The translations under genes were made by a program, and so were the position numbers. A DNA stretch of 64,000 nucleotides from Solirubrobacterales bacterium (GTDB lineage Bacteria; Actinomycetota; Thermoleophilia; Solirubrobacterales; 70-9), in the NCBI GenBank assembly GCA_045805745.1, contig JBJMKP010000001.1:86054-150053 (forward strand), written 5' to 3'. The notes beneath the pieces are model-generated. The model was given only the letters and a program-made list of their open reading frames with translations. It was not told where the DNA came from and did no database searches. Within the stretch, counting starts at the first letter, position 1; every line of letters begins with the position of its first letter. Positions 17,644-26,702 of the stretch are shown piece by piece.

Positions 17644-17716
17644 AAAAGGTGGTGGCGGCTGCGACCGCGCGTCCCGTGCGCGCAGTCGCAGCCAGGTCTA
17701 TCAGGGACCGCCTGGT

Positions 17717-18274
17717 TCAGCGGCGCTGAGTGAGTCCCTGCAGGACGACCTCGATCGGGGAGCGGTGCTTCCCGTTCCTACCCGACGCGGCGGTCTCGAG
17801 ACCGCCTGCGATCTCGCTCACCTGGGCGCTCAAATTCCCCACTCCCTTGGCCGCCTTGGCTACGTCCTTGGAGTCCACCTTGATCTTCGGCCGGCGCGCC
17901 ACCACCTTGCCAAGGCCGCTTTTGCGCCCTTTTTTCGTAGCGGCGAGGGCCATTCCGCCGGCGGCACCGGCAAGCGCCGCCCCGCCGGCGACCAGCGGCA
18001 CTTTCGCTTTGCTCGCGGCTTTGCCGACGGTCTTGCCCGCGCTCTTGGCTTTGTCGCCGGCTCCCTCGACCGCGTGTTTTACGGCATCGACGTTCGAGTG
18101 TTTGCTCGATGAGCCGTTCGAGCGGGATTTGCCGCTCGCGCCGTTGCTCGAGCTGCGCGCTTTGCTGGCAGCCGATTTCGGTTTGGCTTTCGATGCTTTC
18201 GGTTTCGACGATTTCGACGCCGATTTCGGTTTCGACGTAGATCGTTTTTTCGGTTTGCTTTTCGTCGTGGCCAT
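17717..18274 (-). CDS. lysine/serine-rich basic protein (histone H1/Hc1-like low-complexity N-terminus)
   Basis: GAGGAGAGAGGAA SD. MATTKSKPKKRSTSKPKSASKSSKPKASKAKPKSAASKA, followed by an Ala/Gly hydrophobic stretch. Confidence 0.7.
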   Translation of the reverse strand: MATTKSKPKKRSTSKPKSASKSSKPKASKAKPKSAASKARSSSNGASGKSRSNGSSSKHSNVDAVKHAVEGAGDKAKSAGKTVGKAASKAKVPLVAGGAALAGAAGGMALAATKKGRKSGLGKVVARRPKIKVDSKDVAKAAKGVGNLSAQVSEIAGGLETAASGRNGKHRSPIEVVLQGLTQRR

Positions 18275-18357
18275 CGTTCCTCTCTCCTCGGAGCTTGTTC
18301 CCTTATGGATCCGCGACTGGTCTCAATGGATCGGGTACCCGATCCATTGCAGGGAAA

Positions 18358-19401
18358 TCAGCATGGACGGATAGCTGCAGCGCTCTTCACGACCTCGAAG
18401 GTGCTACCGGGGATCCGCTTCAGCTGGTTGAGGTTCTCGTCGTCCCAGCGGCGATCGCTGCTGCCCGAGAAGAACCAGTTGGAGCCGTTGTCGGCGACGA
18501 TCAGCCCGTAGCGCTTCATCGCTTCGGCGATGGCTCGGGCTGGGCCGGTGAAGTTGCCGAGGCCGTAGCTCGCTTTGAGCCGCAGGCGCAGGCCCATCGG
18601 CGGTGCGGCCGGGTTGGCGGTGTCGCCGGCGCAGTGGGAGGCGGGGTGAACCCAGGCGTTCCGGGTGCTCTCGAAGGTGACCCGGATCGCGTGTTCGATG
18701 TGCCCCGAGGCCGCCTCGTCGTAGCGGACCAGGCCGGGAAAGATCGGCAGCCCGGCGGCGTCGGCCGAGGTCCAGCCCTCGGGGCGGCGGGCGGCGGAGC
18801 GCAAGTCCCATTCGGTCCCGGAGTCGGCGTTCCAGTGGGGGCGGGGCTTGGCGACGGCGAAGGCGCGGTAGAGCTCGTAGAGCTTGCAGGCCGAGCGGTC
18901 GACGACCAGCACGTGGCGGTCGCCGTCGCTGCCGTTGCCGCCCTCGACCGGGGCGCGGGCGGGAACCGGGAACGGCCCCGGGTCGCTCTCGTCGTCATAG
19001 GCGGTGTAGTGGATCGGCAGCTTGGGCTGGCCGGCGCCGACCACCGAGTAGGGGAAGCCGTAGGCGCGCGGCGAGCCGAAGTCCGGGTGGAGGGCGTCGC
19101 CGCCGTGGGCATTGATGTAGGCGATGTAGGCACCCGAGCGCGGGTCGCGCGGAGCCTTGGAGATGTCCTGGTTCCAAGCAGCCTCGGTGGCGAGGGATGG
19201 AGCGCGAGGCGAGAGCCCGGGCGGCGGGTCGGGGAAGACTTGGCAGGGAGAGAGAGCGGGGTACGGGCCGACGGCGGAGGCGGAGGGAGCGAGGGTCCAG
19301 ACGAGGATCGCCAGCAACAGCACAAGCCCGCCGGCACACCATCGTTTCCAGAGTTTTCCCCGCCCCAGCGAGGAAAAGGGTGGAAACGATGCTTCCTTCA
19401 T
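18358..19401 (-). CDS. secreted conserved hypothetical protein
   Basis: Signal/TM segment LVLLLAILVWTLAPSASA. Start trimmed to MKEASF at 19401. Confidence 0.7.
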   Translation of the reverse strand: MKEASFPPFSSLGRGKLWKRWCAGGLVLLLAILVWTLAPSASAVGPYPALSPCQVFPDPPPGLSPRAPSLATEAAWNQDISKAPRDPRSGAYIAYINAHGGDALHPDFGSPRAYGFPYSVVGAGQPKLPIHYTAYDDESDPGPFPVPARAPVEGGNGSDGDRHVLVVDRSACKLYELYRAFAVAKPRPHWNADSGTEWDLRSAARRPEGWTSADAAGLPIFPGLVRYDEAASGHIEHAIRVTFESTRNAWVHPASHCAGDTANPAAPPMGLRLRLKASYGLGNFTGPARAIAEAMKRYGLIVADNGSNWFFSGSSDRRWDDENLNQLKRIPGSTFEVVKSAAAIRPC

Positions 19402-19426
19402 GGCCGTGAGGCTAGCCTGACGCCCG

Positions 19427-20143
19427 ATGACCATGGACGAGCGTCCGACTTTGCTGGCGATTCAGCACGTGCCCTGGGAGGGTCCGCACCGGATCCTCGA
19501 CGCCTGCCGCGACCTGCAGGTGCGAACCGTCAAACCGCTGGCCGGCCAGCCGCTGCCGGCGCATGAGGAGGTGGCTGGCGCCGTGGTCATGGGCGGGCCG
19601 ATGAACGTCGACGAGGTGGAGCGCTTTCCGGCGCTGGCCGCAGAGCGCGAGTGGCTGGCCGAGGCGGTGGATCGCGGGATGCCGGTGCTCGGCATCTGCC
19701 TCGGAGCGCAGCTGCTGGCGCGGGCGCTGGGTTCGGAGGTGCGCCCCGGGCCGGCCCCGGAGATCGGCTTCGCCCCGGTCGAGATCGCCGACCCCGACGA
19801 CCCGGTTCTCGGCGGCCTCGCTCCCGGCGCCGAGGTTCTGCACTGGCATGGCGACTTCTTCGACCTGCCCGAGGGCGCCACCCACCTCGCCTCCTCGGAG
19901 CGCACCGCCTGCCAGGCCTTTCGCGCCGGCAACGCCTGGGGCGTCCTCTTCCATCCCGAGGCCGACTTCGCTCTGGTCGAGGCCTGGCTCGAGGTGCCGG
20001 CGATGATTGCGGAGGCGGTGGCGGCCCTGGGTGAGGCGGGGGAGCACGAGCTGCCCGAGCGCGCCGCCGCGCTGGAGGCCGACCTGGTCGAGCGCACTGC
20101 GCCGGGTTTCGCCGCCTTCGCTGAAATCGTCGCCGGCGGGTAG
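19427..20143 (+). CDS. class I glutamine amidotransferase-like protein
   Basis: GICLGAQLLARALG nucleophile-elbow Cys and HWHGD. Confidence 0.85.
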   Translation: MTMDERPTLLAIQHVPWEGPHRILDACRDLQVRTVKPLAGQPLPAHEEVAGAVVMGGPMNVDEVERFPALAAEREWLAEAVDRGMPVLGICLGAQLLARALGSEVRPGPAPEIGFAPVEIADPDDPVLGGLAPGAEVLHWHGDFFDLPEGATHLASSERTACQAFRAGNAWGVLFHPEADFALVEAWLEVPAMIAEAVAALGEAGEHELPERAAALEADLVERTAPGFAAFAEIVAGG

Positions 20144-20153
20144 AGGGAGCGCG

Positions 20154-21104
20154 ATGGAGGTCTGCCTGATGATCGAGGGCCAGGAGGACGTGACGTGGGA
20201 CGACTGGCGGGCGCTCGCCGGCGCCTGCGAAGAGCATGGGGTGGGGACGATGTTCCGCTCCGACCACTACCTCTCGGTTGACGACCGCCGCGAGCGCGGC
20301 TCGCTTGACGCCTGGGGGACGATCTGCGCCCTCGGCGCCGTCACCGAGACGCTGCGGCTGGGGACGATGGTCTCGCCGGCGACCTTCCGCCATCCCTCGG
20401 TGCTGGCGAAGCTGGCGGTTACCGCCGACCACGTCTCCGGCGGCCGGGTCGAACTCGGGATCGGCGCCGGCTGGTGGGAGCGCGAGCACGAGCTGTACGG
20501 GTTCGACCTGCCGCCGGTCGGCCCGCGGATGGAGGCCCTGGAGGAGCAGATGCAGATCGTCCGTGGCCACTTCGGCGAGGGCCCGTTCGGCTTCTCCGGC
20601 GAGCACTACTCGGTGCGCGAGCTCGACGCGCGGCCGAAGCCGGCGCAGCGGCCGCTGCCGCTGATCCTCGGCGCCAAAGGCGGACCGCGCAGCCTGCGCT
20701 TCGGCGCTCGCTACGCCGACGAGTACAACACGGTGATGTCGACCGCGGAGGAGATCGCCGACCTGCGGCAGCGGCTCGACGAGGCCTGCGAAAAGGAGGG
20801 ACGGGACCCGGCGACCCTGCCGCTATCGATGATGACCGGCTGGCTGGTCGGCGCCGACCGGGCCGAACTGCTCGAACGCGCCGGGCGCCTCAGCGATTGG
20901 AAAGGTGGCGACGGCGACGGCGAGGCGTTCATCGCCGGCCTGCGCGAGAGCACCATCCTCGGCACCGCCGCGGAGGCGATCGAGCAGCTGCGCGAGCTGA
21001 AGGCGGCGGGGCTGAAGCGGATCATGGGTCAGCACCTGCTGCACCGCGACCTCGACGCGGTGGCGCTGGTGGGGCGGGAGATCGGCCCGGCGCTTGCCGG
21101 CTAA
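20154..21104 (+). CDS. LLM-class (luciferase-like) F420-dependent oxidoreductase
   Basis: MFRSDHY, LGTMVSPATFRHP and ELGIGAGWWEREH are typical of the LLM family. Start trimmed to MEVCLM after AGAGGGAG. Confidence 0.88.
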   Translation: MEVCLMIEGQEDVTWDDWRALAGACEEHGVGTMFRSDHYLSVDDRRERGSLDAWGTICALGAVTETLRLGTMVSPATFRHPSVLAKLAVTADHVSGGRVELGIGAGWWEREHELYGFDLPPVGPRMEALEEQMQIVRGHFGEGPFGFSGEHYSVRELDARPKPAQRPLPLILGAKGGPRSLRFGARYADEYNTVMSTAEEIADLRQRLDEACEKEGRDPATLPLSMMTGWLVGADRAELLERAGRLSDWKGGDGDGEAFIAGLRESTILGTAAEAIEQLRELKAAGLKRIMGQHLLHRDLDAVALVGREIGPALAG

Positions 21105-21106
21105 GC

Positions 21107-21153
21107 GCGAGTCTGCGAAAGCCGGTCTATATCGCCGGTTTTCGCAGACTCGC
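21107..21153. terminator. 19-bp-stem hairpin between convergent genes (bidirectional terminator)
   Basis: GCGAGTCTGCGAAAGCCGG-TCTATATCG-CCGGTTTTCGCAGACTCGC with one G-U pair. Confidence 0.75.
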
Positions 21154-21824
21154 TAACCGGGCTCCGCGGTGCCGTAGATCGCCAGCAGCCAGATGTCGAT
21201 CAGGACGTCGAGGACCCGGTCGCTGTCGAGCGAGGGTTGCTCCTCGAGCAGGGTCGCGTACTGGGCCCGCTCGTTCATCTGCACCAGGGCGATCGCCATC
21301 TCGCGGGCCGGCTGGCCGGCGGGGGCGGTGCCGCGGGAGCGCTCGAACTCGATCACCGCGGTGACGTCGTCGACCCAGCCCTCCATCACCTGCGCCCAGA
21401 GGTCGCGGGCTTCCTGGTTGGTGGCGCGCAGGTCCGATCCGGCCCGGACCACGCCGGGGCGGGAGCGGAAGGCGGCGTAGAGGTTCTCCAGGGCTTTGCG
21501 CAGTCCCGCCTGCGGTCCGCTCGCGGCAAGGGTGGCGAAGATCTCTTCGCGGCCCTCGCCGGCGTCGGCGACGAGGCGGTCGATGATCGAAAGCACCACC
21601 GCGGCCTTCGAGGGGAAGTAGAAGTAGAAGGTGGGGCGGGAGATGCCGGCTCCCTTGGCCAGGTCGTCGACCGAGATCTCGCTCAGCGGGCGCTCTTCCA
21701 GCAGCCGCTCCGCCGTCTCCAGGATCGCCCGCTCGCGGTCGTCGCCGCTGGCGCGGGTGGCGCGACGACCGCGAGCCTTGGGCTCGGCGGGGGACGGGGT
21801 CTTGGCCTCGGGGATGGCGGACAT
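21153..21824 (-). CDS. TetR family transcriptional regulator (EthR-like context)
   Basis: ISVDDLAKGAGISRPTFYFYFPSK HTH. Start trimmed to MSAIPEAK. Confidence 0.9.
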   Translation of the reverse strand: MSAIPEAKTPSPAEPKARGRRATRASGDDRERAILETAERLLEERPLSEISVDDLAKGAGISRPTFYFYFPSKAAVVLSIIDRLVADAGEGREEIFATLAASGPQAGLRKALENLYAAFRSRPGVVRAGSDLRATNQEARDLWAQVMEGWVDDVTAVIEFERSRGTAPAGQPAREMAIALVQMNERAQYATLLEEQPSLDSDRVLDVLIDIWLLAIYGTAEPG

Positions 21825-21833
21825 GTGCCTCAC

Positions 21834-21894
21834 GATACAGAGTGTCGAGAGTTTCGACAAACTGTTGACCAACTCGACACGGTGTTGATACAGT
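21834..21894. promoter_or_regulatory. divergent promoter/operator region of the TetR-SDR operon
   Basis: GATACAG-A-GTGTCGAG ... CTCGACAC-GGTGTT-GATACAG, plus the inner inverted repeat TGTCGA-GAGTT-TCGACA. TTGACC (21865) and TACAGT (21889) are spaced 18 nt, which puts the transcript start at about the GTG at 21902 (leaderless). Confidence 0.5.
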
Positions 21895-21901
21895 TCCCGC
21901 C

Positions 21902-22720
21902 GTGAGCGAGACGAAGCGCGTGATCATCACCGGTGCCGCCAGCGGCATCGGCGCGGGAACCGCCCAGGCGCTGCGCAAGCGCGGGGCGCAGGTCGTCGGC
22001 CTTGACCTCAACCCCGGCGAGGACACGATCGCCTGCGACGTCACCGACCAGAAGTCGGTCGACCGGGCGATGACCGAAGCCGTCGAGCGGCTCGGCGGCG
22101 GCCTCGACGCCCTGGTCAACTGTGCTGGCATCGGCCTGCCGCAGAGCGCCGTCCAGCCCCCCGGCCCCGACGCGCTGCGCGTCCTCGACGTCAACCTGCT
22201 CGGCACCTGGCGGGCGACCGCCGCCGCCCTGCCGTCGCTGCGCGAGTCCCGCGGCCGCGTCGTCAACGTCTCCTCCGGCCTCGCCCACCTCGCCGTCCCC
22301 TTCGCCACTGCCTATGGCGCCAGCAAGCGCGGCGTCGTCGGCTACTCCGAGCAGCTGCGCTCCGAGGTCGGCGACGAAATCACAGTCACGACCGTCTATC
22401 CCGGCTACATCCGCACCCCGATCCACGACGCCAGCCAGAGCGCCGGCGCCAGCCTGGAGGGGATGGTGCCGCCGGAGCCGATCGGCGCCGCGGTCGGCAC
22501 CATCGTCCGCGCCATCTACGGCCGGCCGGCCCGCGACCTGGCGACCACCCGCCGCGGCGCGGTGACCTACCGCATCCTCGGCCTGGTTCCCAAAGGCCTG
22601 GTCGAGCGCGGCATCCGGCGTCAGATGCGCGCCGGAGCCAAGCGCGGCGCCTTCAAAGAGACCTCGATGACGAGTGACCTGCTCACTCGTCTTAACCGCC
22701 AGTCAGGAGACCCCTCATGA
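21902..22720 (+). CDS. short-chain dehydrogenase/reductase
   Basis: ITGAASGIGAG and YGASKRGV. GTG start. Confidence 0.9.
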   Translation: MSETKRVIITGAASGIGAGTAQALRKRGAQVVGLDLNPGEDTIACDVTDQKSVDRAMTEAVERLGGGLDALVNCAGIGLPQSAVQPPGPDALRVLDVNLLGTWRATAAALPSLRESRGRVVNVSSGLAHLAVPFATAYGASKRGVVGYSEQLRSEVGDEITVTTVYPGYIRTPIHDASQSAGASLEGMVPPEPIGAAVGTIVRAIYGRPARDLATTRRGAVTYRILGLVPKGLVERGIRRQMRAGAKRGAFKETSMTSDLLTRLNRQSGDPS

Positions 22721-24225
22721 CCAACGAGCGAGAGCACGTCAACGTCCTGATCATCGGCGCCGGCCTCTCCGGCATCGGTGCCGGCGTCCACCTGCAGCAG
22801 AACTGCCCCGGCAAGAGCTACGCGATCCTCGAGTCCCGCGAGGCGATCGGCGGCACCTGGGACCTCTTCCGCTACCCGGGGATCCGCTCCGACTCCGACA
22901 TGTACACGCTCGGCTACTCGTTCAAGCCCTGGAACGACCAGGACTCGATCGCCGCCGGCGAGAAGATCCGCGACTACATCCGCGAGACCGCTCGCGAACA
23001 CGGGGTCGAGGACCGGATCCGCTTCGGCCACAAGGTGATCTCTGCCGAGTGGTCGAGCGACGAGGCGCTGTGGACGGTGCGGGTCGAGCACGGGGGAGAG
23101 ACCGTCGAGCTGACCTGCGACTTCTTCTACGGCTGCACCGGCTACTACCGCTACGACGAGGGCTACACGCCCGAGTTCGAGGGCCGCGAGCGCTTCGGCG
23201 GGCAGATCGTCCACCCCCAGCACTGGCCCGAGGACCTCGACTATCGCGGCAAGCGCGTGGTCGTGATCGGCAGCGGCGCGACCGCGGTGACGCTGATCCC
23301 GGCGATGGCGCCGGAGACCGAGCACATCACGATGCTGCAGCGCTCGCCGGGCTACGTCGTCACCCTGCCCGCCCAGGACCCGATCGCCAAGGTGCTGCGG
23401 CGCTTCCTGCCGGACAAGCTCCGCTACGGGATCGTCCGCTGGAAGAACGTGCTGACCCAGATGGCCTTCTTTCAGCTCTCGCGCCGGGCGCCGGGCTTCA
23501 CCCGCAAGCTGATCCGGCGCGGGGTGGAGCGTCAGCTGCCGGAGGGCTTCGACATCGACGGCAACTTCGAACCGACCTACAACCCCTGGGACGAGCGCGT
23601 CTGCCTGGTCCCCGGCGGCGACCTCTTCAAAGCGCTGCGCTCGGGCAAGGCAGACGTGGTCACCGACCGGATCGAGACCTTCACCGAGAAGGGGCTGAAG
23701 CTGACCTCGGGGCGCGAGCTGGAGGCCGACATCATCGTCACCGCGACCGGGCTCAACCTGCTGGTCTTCGGCGGGATCGAGGTCTCGGTCGACGGCGAGC
23801 GCAAGCAGTTCAAGGACCTGGTCGGCTACAAGGGCGCGATGTTCGGCGGGGTGCCGAACCTGGCGATCGCGCTCGGCTACACCAATGCCTCCTTCACCCT
23901 CAAGTGCGACCTCGTATCCCAGTACATGTGCCGGCTGCTCAACCACATGGACGCCAATGGCTACCGCGTGGCGACGCCGCGCGATCCCGGCCCGGCCGTC
24001 GCCCGCGAGCCCTTCATCGGGCTCAAATCCGGCTATGTCCTCCGCGCCCTCGATCAGCTGCCGATGCAGGCCGAGGTGGCGCCCTGGCGCCTGCACCAGA
24101 ACTACGCGCGGGACATCCGCCTCTTCAACCACGGCCCGCTCGACGAGCAGATGGACTTCTCCCGGGGGCCGGTTGCCGGTCCCGCCGGGGACGAGCGAAG
24201 CGACGGCGTCGCGGCCGTCGCCTAG
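22717..24225 (+). CDS. FAD-dependent Baeyer-Villiger-type monooxygenase (EthA-like)
   Basis: IIGAGLSGIG, BVMO fingerprint FGGQIVHPQHWP, second Rossmann motif VIGSGATAV. ATGA overlap with the SDR gene. Confidence 0.9.
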   Translation: MTNEREHVNVLIIGAGLSGIGAGVHLQQNCPGKSYAILESREAIGGTWDLFRYPGIRSDSDMYTLGYSFKPWNDQDSIAAGEKIRDYIRETAREHGVEDRIRFGHKVISAEWSSDEALWTVRVEHGGETVELTCDFFYGCTGYYRYDEGYTPEFEGRERFGGQIVHPQHWPEDLDYRGKRVVVIGSGATAVTLIPAMAPETEHITMLQRSPGYVVTLPAQDPIAKVLRRFLPDKLRYGIVRWKNVLTQMAFFQLSRRAPGFTRKLIRRGVERQLPEGFDIDGNFEPTYNPWDERVCLVPGGDLFKALRSGKADVVTDRIETFTEKGLKLTSGRELEADIIVTATGLNLLVFGGIEVSVDGERKQFKDLVGYKGAMFGGVPNLAIALGYTNASFTLKCDLVSQYMCRLLNHMDANGYRVATPRDPGPAVAREPFIGLKSGYVLRALDQLPMQAEVAPWRLHQNYARDIRLFNHGPLDEQMDFSRGPVAGPAGDERSDGVAAVA

Positions 24226-24235
24226 GGGTCTGGGC

Positions 24236-25609
24236 ATGGGAGTCGCCGAGGCCCCGACGCTGGCGAGCGGCCCGCTCGATCCCGAGGTCGCCGCCACGCT
24301 GCCGGCGCCGCCCCTGGTGCAGATGGGGGGCATCCCCCAGCTGCTGCGCTTCAATCAGCGGCAGATCGAGTTCGTCTTCGGCGCCAAGCGGCGGCTGGGC
24401 GACGTCTTCGCGATGCGCACGGACGAGCCGACGCCGCTGGTGATCACCAGCCTGCCCGAGGACGTGCGCTCGCTCTTCACCGCCAAGCCCGAGCAGGCGC
24501 CGTCGCTGGCGGCCGAGTCGCCGCTGCGGCCGATCGTCGGGCCGGACTCGGTGCTGACCTCGCTCGGCGAGCGTCACATGCGCCAGCGCAAACTGCTGCT
24601 GCCGCCGTTCCACGGTGAGGCGATCGAGCACTACACGGCGGCGATCGCCGAGGCGGCCGAGCGGGAGATCGACAGCTGGCCGCTGGGCGAGCCGTTCGCC
24701 CTGGCGCCGCGGATGCAGGCGATCACCCTCGACGTGATCATGGCCGGGATCTTCGGCATCGACGGCCAGCCGGCGCCGCGCAGCAGCGAGGGACGGCTGC
24801 GCTCGATCATCAAGAACCTGGTCAATCTCTCGACCAAGCCGGTCGCCCAGGTGGCGGAGCTGATGAACGTGCGGCGCGAGGAGCCGGTCGGGATCACCCG
24901 TCTCGGCCGGGCGCTGATGGACCGGCGGATGGATGCGGTGATCGAGAATCGGCGCGGCGAGGACCTGGGCGAGCGCCACGACATCCTCAGTCTGCTGCTG
25001 CAGGCGCGCGGGGAGGAGGGCGAGCCGCTGACCGACGCCGAAATCCGCGACGAGCTGATCACCCTGGTGCTGGCCGGTCACGAGACGACCGCCAACTCGC
25101 TGGCCTGGGCGTGGGAGCGGCTGGTCCGCACCTCGGACGCGCACGAGCGCCTGGTCGAGTCGGTCCGGGCGGGCGAGGGGGCCGAGGCGATCGAGATGAC
25201 GATCACCGAGACGATGCGCTCCCGCCCGGTGGTGCCGATCGTCGGCCGGCGGGTGAAGCTGCCCTGGCGCGTGGGCGAGTACGCGGTGCCAGCCGAGACG
25301 CCGGTCCTGGTCAGCATCCTCCTGCTGCACCACCGCGAGGATCTCTACCCCGAGCCCTTCGAGTTCCGGCCCGAGCGCTGGCAGGACCGCAAGCCGGGCA
25401 CCTACGAGTGGCTGCCCTTCGGCGGCGGCATCCGCCGCTGTCTCGGCGCGGCCCTGGCGATGGCCGAGCAGCGCGTCGTCCTCGAGGCGATGGCCCGCCG
25501 CCTCGACCTCGAAGCCGCCGACCCCGAGCCCGAGCGAGCTCTGCACCGCAATGTGACGATGATTCCGAGGCACGGGGCGCGGGTCGTGATCAGGTCCCGC
25601 CATGCCTGA
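24236..25609 (+). CDS. cytochrome P450
   Basis: AGHETTA I-helix, ETMRSRP ExxR, FGGGIRRCLGA heme-binding loop. Start trimmed to MGVAEAP. Confidence 0.92.
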   Translation: MGVAEAPTLASGPLDPEVAATLPAPPLVQMGGIPQLLRFNQRQIEFVFGAKRRLGDVFAMRTDEPTPLVITSLPEDVRSLFTAKPEQAPSLAAESPLRPIVGPDSVLTSLGERHMRQRKLLLPPFHGEAIEHYTAAIAEAAEREIDSWPLGEPFALAPRMQAITLDVIMAGIFGIDGQPAPRSSEGRLRSIIKNLVNLSTKPVAQVAELMNVRREEPVGITRLGRALMDRRMDAVIENRRGEDLGERHDILSLLLQARGEEGEPLTDAEIRDELITLVLAGHETTANSLAWAWERLVRTSDAHERLVESVRAGEGAEAIEMTITETMRSRPVVPIVGRRVKLPWRVGEYAVPAETPVLVSILLLHHREDLYPEPFEFRPERWQDRKPGTYEWLPFGGGIRRCLGAALAMAEQRVVLEAMARRLDLEAADPEPERALHRNVTMIPRHGARVVIRSRHA

Positions 25610-26006
25610 AGCCATGGACGCCGCGGCTGCCCCCGAGCCCCCGAACGAGCAGGGCTTCGCCGACCTCATGGAGCGGCTTGGCGAGGGTCCGGTGACGATG
25701 CTGAACCTGCTGGCGTTCAAGCCCGACGGCGGGCGGGAGCGCTATCTCGAATATGGCGTCGCGGTGGCGCCTCTGCTCGAGAAGGCGGGCGGCCGCCTCG
25801 TCTTCCAGGGGCCGGCCTCACCGGCCCTCCTCGGCGACCACTCCTGGGATCTGGTCCTCCTGGTCGAATACCCGACCCGCCAAGCCTTCCTGGAGATGAT
25901 CCAGTCGCCCGAGTACCAGGCCATCGCCCACCTGCGCACCGAGGCCCTGACCAAGGGCGAGCTGCACCCCCTGGACCAGCCGGACCCAAACGCCGGCACC
26001 CTCTGA
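25602..26006 (+). CDS. DUF1330 domain protein
   Basis: VTMLNLLAFKP...LVLLVEYPTRQAFLEM...Y pattern. 8-nt overlap with the P450 gene. Confidence 0.75.
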   Translation: MPEAMDAAAAPEPPNEQGFADLMERLGEGPVTMLNLLAFKPDGGRERYLEYGVAVAPLLEKAGGRLVFQGPASPALLGDHSWDLVLLVEYPTRQAFLEMIQSPEYQAIAHLRTEALTKGELHPLDQPDPNAGTL

Positions 26007-26055
26007 GCGCCACGCCGCCAGCCACCGCCCCGGCAAGCTAAATTGCCTCCAGCGC

Positions 26056-26129
26056 GGTGGCAGTAGCTCAGTTGGTAGAGCTCCGGCTTGTGGTGCCGGC
26101 GGTCGCGGGTTCGAATCCCGTCTGCCACC
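26056..26129 (+). tRNA. tRNA-His (GUG) with encoded G-1
   Basis: G-1 followed by GTGGCAG/CTGCCAC acceptor, anticodon stem CCGGC/GCCGG with loop TTGTGGT, T arm GCGGG-TTCGAAT-CCCGT, discriminator C. Confidence 0.93.
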
Positions 26130-26150
26130 TTTTCTGGGATGGTCCTCTGC

Positions 26151-26702
26151 CTAGGCGTCCAGTTGCTCTCGCGCGTCAGCAATGAGGAAGTCCACCTCTT
26201 GGACGGCTTCGGTGGCCACTTCAACTGAAACATGCGGCTTGAGTTTGTTCAGTGCTTCAGCGCGAGCCTGAACAGACGCGTCCTCACCCTGTTGACGAGT
26301 GACCCAGAGTGCAGTCGCAAGGCGCTCGAGTTCGAGGACTCGACAGTTGGCAATTTGGCCCACGATCCAATCAAGGCGCGGTCCATACTTCCTCATGGTC
26401 CGCTCGAAGCGCTCCTCTAGCTCCTCGCCGCGAGGCATGGTTGCCAACCGCGGCCCATACGGCGGTGGCTGTGCCTCTCGGGTTAGTAGTCGATCGGACT
26501 GCATTGAACCCAGCTCGTCTCGCAGTTCAAAGCTGAACGGCCCGTGCTTGTAAAGGATGAAACTGAAGTCAAGAGGCACCTCTAGGAGCTCTCGAACTAG
26601 ATAGGTGGCCTTCTGGAGATGGGTCTCTCCCGCCCAAGACCCTTGCTCACGGAGTCGGCGGGTCAGGCTGATCAGGACGGCCTCTTGGGCAAGCCTGTTC
26701 AC
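26151..26702 (-). CDS. small protein with Panacea/SocA (DUF4065)-like motif pattern, coupled to the HD gene
   Basis: GETHLQKATYLV...FILYKHGPFSFELRDEL resembles the LQKLLY...W.yGPv..el pattern. GTGA overlap with the upstream HD gene. Confidence 0.7.
   Translation of the reverse strand: MNRLAQEAVLISLTRRLREQGSWAGETHLQKATYLVRELLEVPLDFSFILYKHGPFSFELRDELGSMQSDRLLTREAQPPPYGPRLATMPRGEELEERFERTMRKYGPRLDWIVGQIANCRVLELERLATALWVTRQQGEDASVQARAEALNKLKPHVSVEVATEAVQEVDFLIADAREQLDA

Noticed and set aside
22621-25720. 577-aa and 531-aa minus-strand ORFs (22621..24354 and 24125..25720)
   Set aside because: They lie antisense to the BVMO and P450 genes, which carry unmistakable cofactor motifs. The shadows are G/R/A/D-rich.
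25742-26233. 163-aa minus ORF (and other ORFs) overlapping tRNA-His
   Set aside because: It runs straight through a canonical tRNA gene and the 3' end of the DUF1330 gene, so it is spurious.
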